Positions 56,711 through 64,000 of a DNA stretch of 64,000 nt are shown here, one piece after another. The DNA is taken from assembly GCA_038496445.1 (NCBI GenBank), contig JALMLS010000378.1, positions 186,001 to 250,000 on the forward strand. Reading direction: 5' to 3'. The stretch is from Trichosphaerium sp. ATCC 40318 (Eukaryota; Protista; Tubulinea). The translations under genes and the position numbers were made by a program. The notes below the pieces were generated by a model, which saw only the letters and a list, made by a program, of their open reading frames with translations, was not told the origin of the DNA and searched no databases. The stretch's first letter is position 1; every line of letters starts with the position of its first letter.

Positions 56711-58719
56711 TTATTTAAATAAATCAATACAGAAGTAATCATGTACCTTTACAATATCTAGAATCGTGTAGTTCACGTATGGGGAGGCTTCATAACGACT
56801 CATTGCTGTTCCTCCATGTACAATCCTTTTATGTATCTCATTTTTTGATAATAACTTTCTATGATGTATTGTATGGCAACGTCGGAAATGTGTATGTACG
56901 ACTGTCAGCCAAAACAACCTATTATTTACAATTCATCTGGCGTTACTCTTGTACTTTGTATCCATTGCCATCTTCACCATTTTCTTTATAATATTAACAT
57001 CTACAGTAATCTCGTGATCTCTCATCCAGGTATTACAACACTTGGTTCTGTTTTTGTAACGCTCTGTTATGCATTTTTCAGATTCATTGCACAAGTAACT
57101 GTTGTCATTCCATTTTGTAATCTTTGAGTTATACGCAAGGCCATGTACACCGAGTACATATGCCAAATCAGTATAGATATCTCTAAGAGAGCGTCTGTGA
57201 AGTTAGATGTAAGTAAGAAAAACTGAGGTGAGCTTGCTTGATCAGTACAACTTACACTGATAAACTATTTTCATTTGCAAGCTGTATGTATACTGAATTT
57301 GGTGACATCCACATAACATTAATTGATCCAGCGCCATGCGCTTTTATTAATATATCAGCTCTGGACATCTATGATTCCTTTAAGTTGTTACGTATTATTC
57401 AAATGGCAGCAAGCATCACAAATTATTACAACTTATCGAATGACTTACTTGAACTATTTGGTCTTTTAGCGTTGCTCCTGATGCTGGATAAACAGTTATT
57501 TCTGTTCCAGGTATTGATTCAATAGCCTCCTTCATTTCTTTAAAATTCGTTATCAATCTTGTTACCTAAGAAGGAAACTTAGCTAAGGAAGAACAGTATC
57601 AACTACAATGGCTTGACAATAATAATAACAACGGTTTTCTCTGCAGACTTGAGACTTACATTTTGGATTCCACTTTTACTGCTGCTGTCTCTTCCAATAC
57701 TATTTCCACGTTGAATCAATGTAACACGTGTTAAATTATCAAGTTTTCTTTTCCATTCGTTTTGCAAGGCTACACCATGTCTCTTTGAAATATGATCCCT
57801 TAGTCCCTTTATATCTTTGGCAGGCCATTTTATTTGATTCCTGAGTCCTATAATAGCATATGGTATAACGAAATGGTTCACTTTATCCTTATACTCTCCT
57901 GGACATAACAATCAAACAAAGCTGTCCAAAACACACAGAGTTGGTGATGATGTACCTGAGAAAAAAATAGGATCTTCACCCCAGTTTGAACCAAGCCATT
58001 CGTCATACATTGATTGTGCTTTTTTAGTAGGTGGGTTCCTTGGCCAATCTTTAGGAAAGAATATACGTATATCTTGTTTTAGTAAACCCCAAGCAGATAA
58101 AGTTTCAAAGATACCAAGATTACAACCATGTATAATATGATAAACATTTGGAATACAATTGGCTGCAACAATATGAAATTTATTGCTTGACAACTAAAGG
58201 ATTAAACTCTTAGTAGACATAATTTAAAAATGCATGATCGGTACTGATGCTTACCACACGTGTTTTTTCAGTAATTTGCAGAGACTCATTAAATTGAAGC
58301 TTTGCTGATGCTTTGTTTCCGTTTGCTGGACTCTCAAGGAATACAAGAGTTTCGTTAATAGGTTGTTCGATGTTTTGCCTTGTAAAGTAGTACTCTTTGT
58401 TATAATAATGTAACTTATTTACCAGGCACGTGTTGAACTGTACATTGAATTCGTTGCGAATTGATTTACAAATAATACCTAGAGAGTTGTTTTATTACAT
58501 TAAATCAAGCGTACAGCGTTAGTGCTGGGCACAAGTACCTTTTTTCTTTAGAGTATCCATGATTTCTTGAAAAGTAGCCCGATTAAAATAAAGCTCGGTT
58601 GTAGCGATTGTGGAGAAAGTCATTCGCGGCGGAGCGTACAAAGAAAGGTAAATTAGAATGATACCACAACCCAATGTTATAAAACCCAGTGCGTTTATGC
58701 TAGCAATGTTTACACCCAT
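56711..58719 (-). CDS. GT61/DUF563-like glycosyltransferase, type II membrane (multi-exon)
   Basis: Signal anchor; NVYHIIH, RVTLIQR and ADILIKAHGAGSINVMWMSPNSVYIQL (the HGAGxxN..P pattern). Confidence 0.75.
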
Positions 58720-59371
58720 AAAAAGATCGGTTTCTCGGCAAATTTGCAAATTATGTTGAGTAGCGTTGACTTGACTTCAGCGCTTTTTGGATACTACCTG
58801 CGGAGCAGCGTACAGTAGTACGTGAGTATGAACCTTGAATAGTGCGCGCTCATCTTGGTTCATTCAGTATTTTTTTTACGCACGTGTTTTGCGCAAACCA
58901 AAGTTTACGAAAGCCTACTAGTTGAAAAAAGAACATTCTTTTTTTTGCGTACAGTCAGACACTTCAAATTACATTGTCATTGCAAGTGCTTCAGAGTGAT
59001 CGACCATATACATCGAAACTTGAAAAAACTAACGATTATCTAGCTTTTTCTAAATTGTTACGAGCTAGTTCCGAGAAATACAGAGAAATTATATCTCATG
59101 AATAATTCAGTTGGCGTTTCACATTGGAACACAAAACAATGCAAGTCGGGAGGATTCCCAAGTTTCTCCTATTTTATACATTGAGTCAGCAGAAACAGTA
59201 GCTCCCTATAAACATCAACGAGAGAAAATAGGAACACAAATGTAGTGTTCATGAGAATTATAAGTTTTCACGTGAAAATCACGTGACTTTCATGTGGAAA
59301 CATACAGTGACTTAACTTTTAGTGTACATCAAAATCAAAATCTTACAATAACCAATAGTAAGCAATAAGAG

Positions 59372-59875
59372 ATGGGCAAAGACAAGAAACAACTTCTGGC
59401 GTACCTCAAAAGTGACAAATTCAAAGATCTACACCCTAAAAAAGGAAAAATCGAAATATCACCAAAGAAAAATAAAGTAATAGTTTTCTTGAATCGGAAG
59501 GTGATGGAAGAACCAGGAATGCCTAAAAAGCACAAAGACGGATACACGGGTATTACAATATACTTACCTAATCATATCATACTTGCAATGGGCAATTTCA
59601 AACCAAATGTTGACCAATCAGCACATGAACAGCTTGCAGCTGTCATTAACCTTGTGCTTTACAAGGCACTTGACAAGAAGCTGACAATTGATGTTCCCAA
59701 GGTTGTTATAAGTGGGTGGTCAATCAAGAAAGAAGGTAACCTTGGATATAATTCTATCTCATTGAACGCTCCTTCGAGAAAGAAAAAGCCGGCAGGTATT
59801 TGTGTTGGCGACAAAAAAATGGCCAAATGGGAGATAGGCGTTCTACATGCTTGTTTGGGGATACCTCCACCATAA
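59372..59875 (+). CDS. Intronless basic hypothetical protein (167 aa)
   Basis: Clean ATG-TAA ORF with protein-like composition; no family recognised. Confidence 0.6.
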   Translation: MGKDKKQLLAYLKSDKFKDLHPKKGKIEISPKKNKVIVFLNRKVMEEPGMPKKHKDGYTGITIYLPNHIILAMGNFKPNVDQSAHEQLAAVINLVLYKALDKKLTIDVPKVVISGWSIKKEGNLGYNSISLNAPSRKKKPAGICVGDKKMAKWEIGVLHACLGIPPP

Positions 59876-60455
59876 ACACTTATATGAATCCTTCATGTAG
59901 TACAATCCTAATAAAAATAAAGACGTCAAGGACCTTTGCGTTGGTTGTAAATACTTAGTACCTGACTTGAAAAAACTGGGTTTTTTTAAAGTGTATTTTA
60001 CCTATTCTTACACAAGTGAATATCGATCACCTCAATACCTGGTACTACTTAATGGATATTCTTAATGTCCAAGTACTTGAGATGGAGTGTCAGATTAAAC
60101 AAACAGTCTCTCACCAGGTGAGGGCACGGTACTGTTATTTGTTTCGTGCACTTCCTAGGTGCTTTTATGATTAACTCTAGAAATAACAGAATAATGCTCT
60201 GTGATTCTTTAAACGCTTGTGAAGCACCGTAATTGGAGGAAAACTTGGAATTGAAATTATCCGAATTTCGCGGTGGGTAAGGATACTAATGCAATTTCCA
60301 CAAGTACCATACCAAACTGTAAATAAAAATGGAGTTGTTAATTAGAACCTTACAGTTTATTTGATACCCTTGGAACAAACTTGGTTCCAAACTATAGTAT
60401 CAAGTCGTTTAGTAGACAATTGAGCAGACCAATATGCGAAAACTTTGATACAATA

Positions 60456-64000
<3,545 letters not shown>

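Overview
AT-rich, gene-dense eukaryotic (protist-like) genomic DNA. Most genes are split by very short (~38-60 nt) spliceosomal introns, so the ORF track fragments them; the gene models below were rebuilt by hand from GT/GC-AG junctions and protein motifs. Recognisable genes: two F-box/LRR paralogs, a GH78 alpha-L-rhamnosidase, a GH125 exo-mannosidase, a nucleotidyltransferase-like/F-box fusion, a PH-domain protein, a tandem DUF1647-like protein, an MLO-family 7-TM protein with poly-His tracts, PARG, pyruvate:NADP+ oxidoreductase (PFO fused to a CPR-like module), a GT61-like glycosyltransferase and a 5'-truncated GH2 beta-galactosidase. An ~8 kb nested mobile-element cluster (48.7-56.6 kb) holds an Ngaro-type tyrosine-recombinase retrotransposon, a 1060-bp TIR element inserted in its RT, a second TIR element carrying TTAGGG repeats, and the 3' part of an intron-containing piggyBac. 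Most notable: (i) the retrotransposon's three ORF junctions can all be resolved by host-sized phase-1 splicing; (ii) the palindrome CACGTG is strongly over-represented in host DNA but was not seen in the TE cluster; (iii) the His-loaded MLO protein and the NTase-F-box fusion. No database searches were run; family calls rest on motifs recognised by eye, and the organism is not identified.
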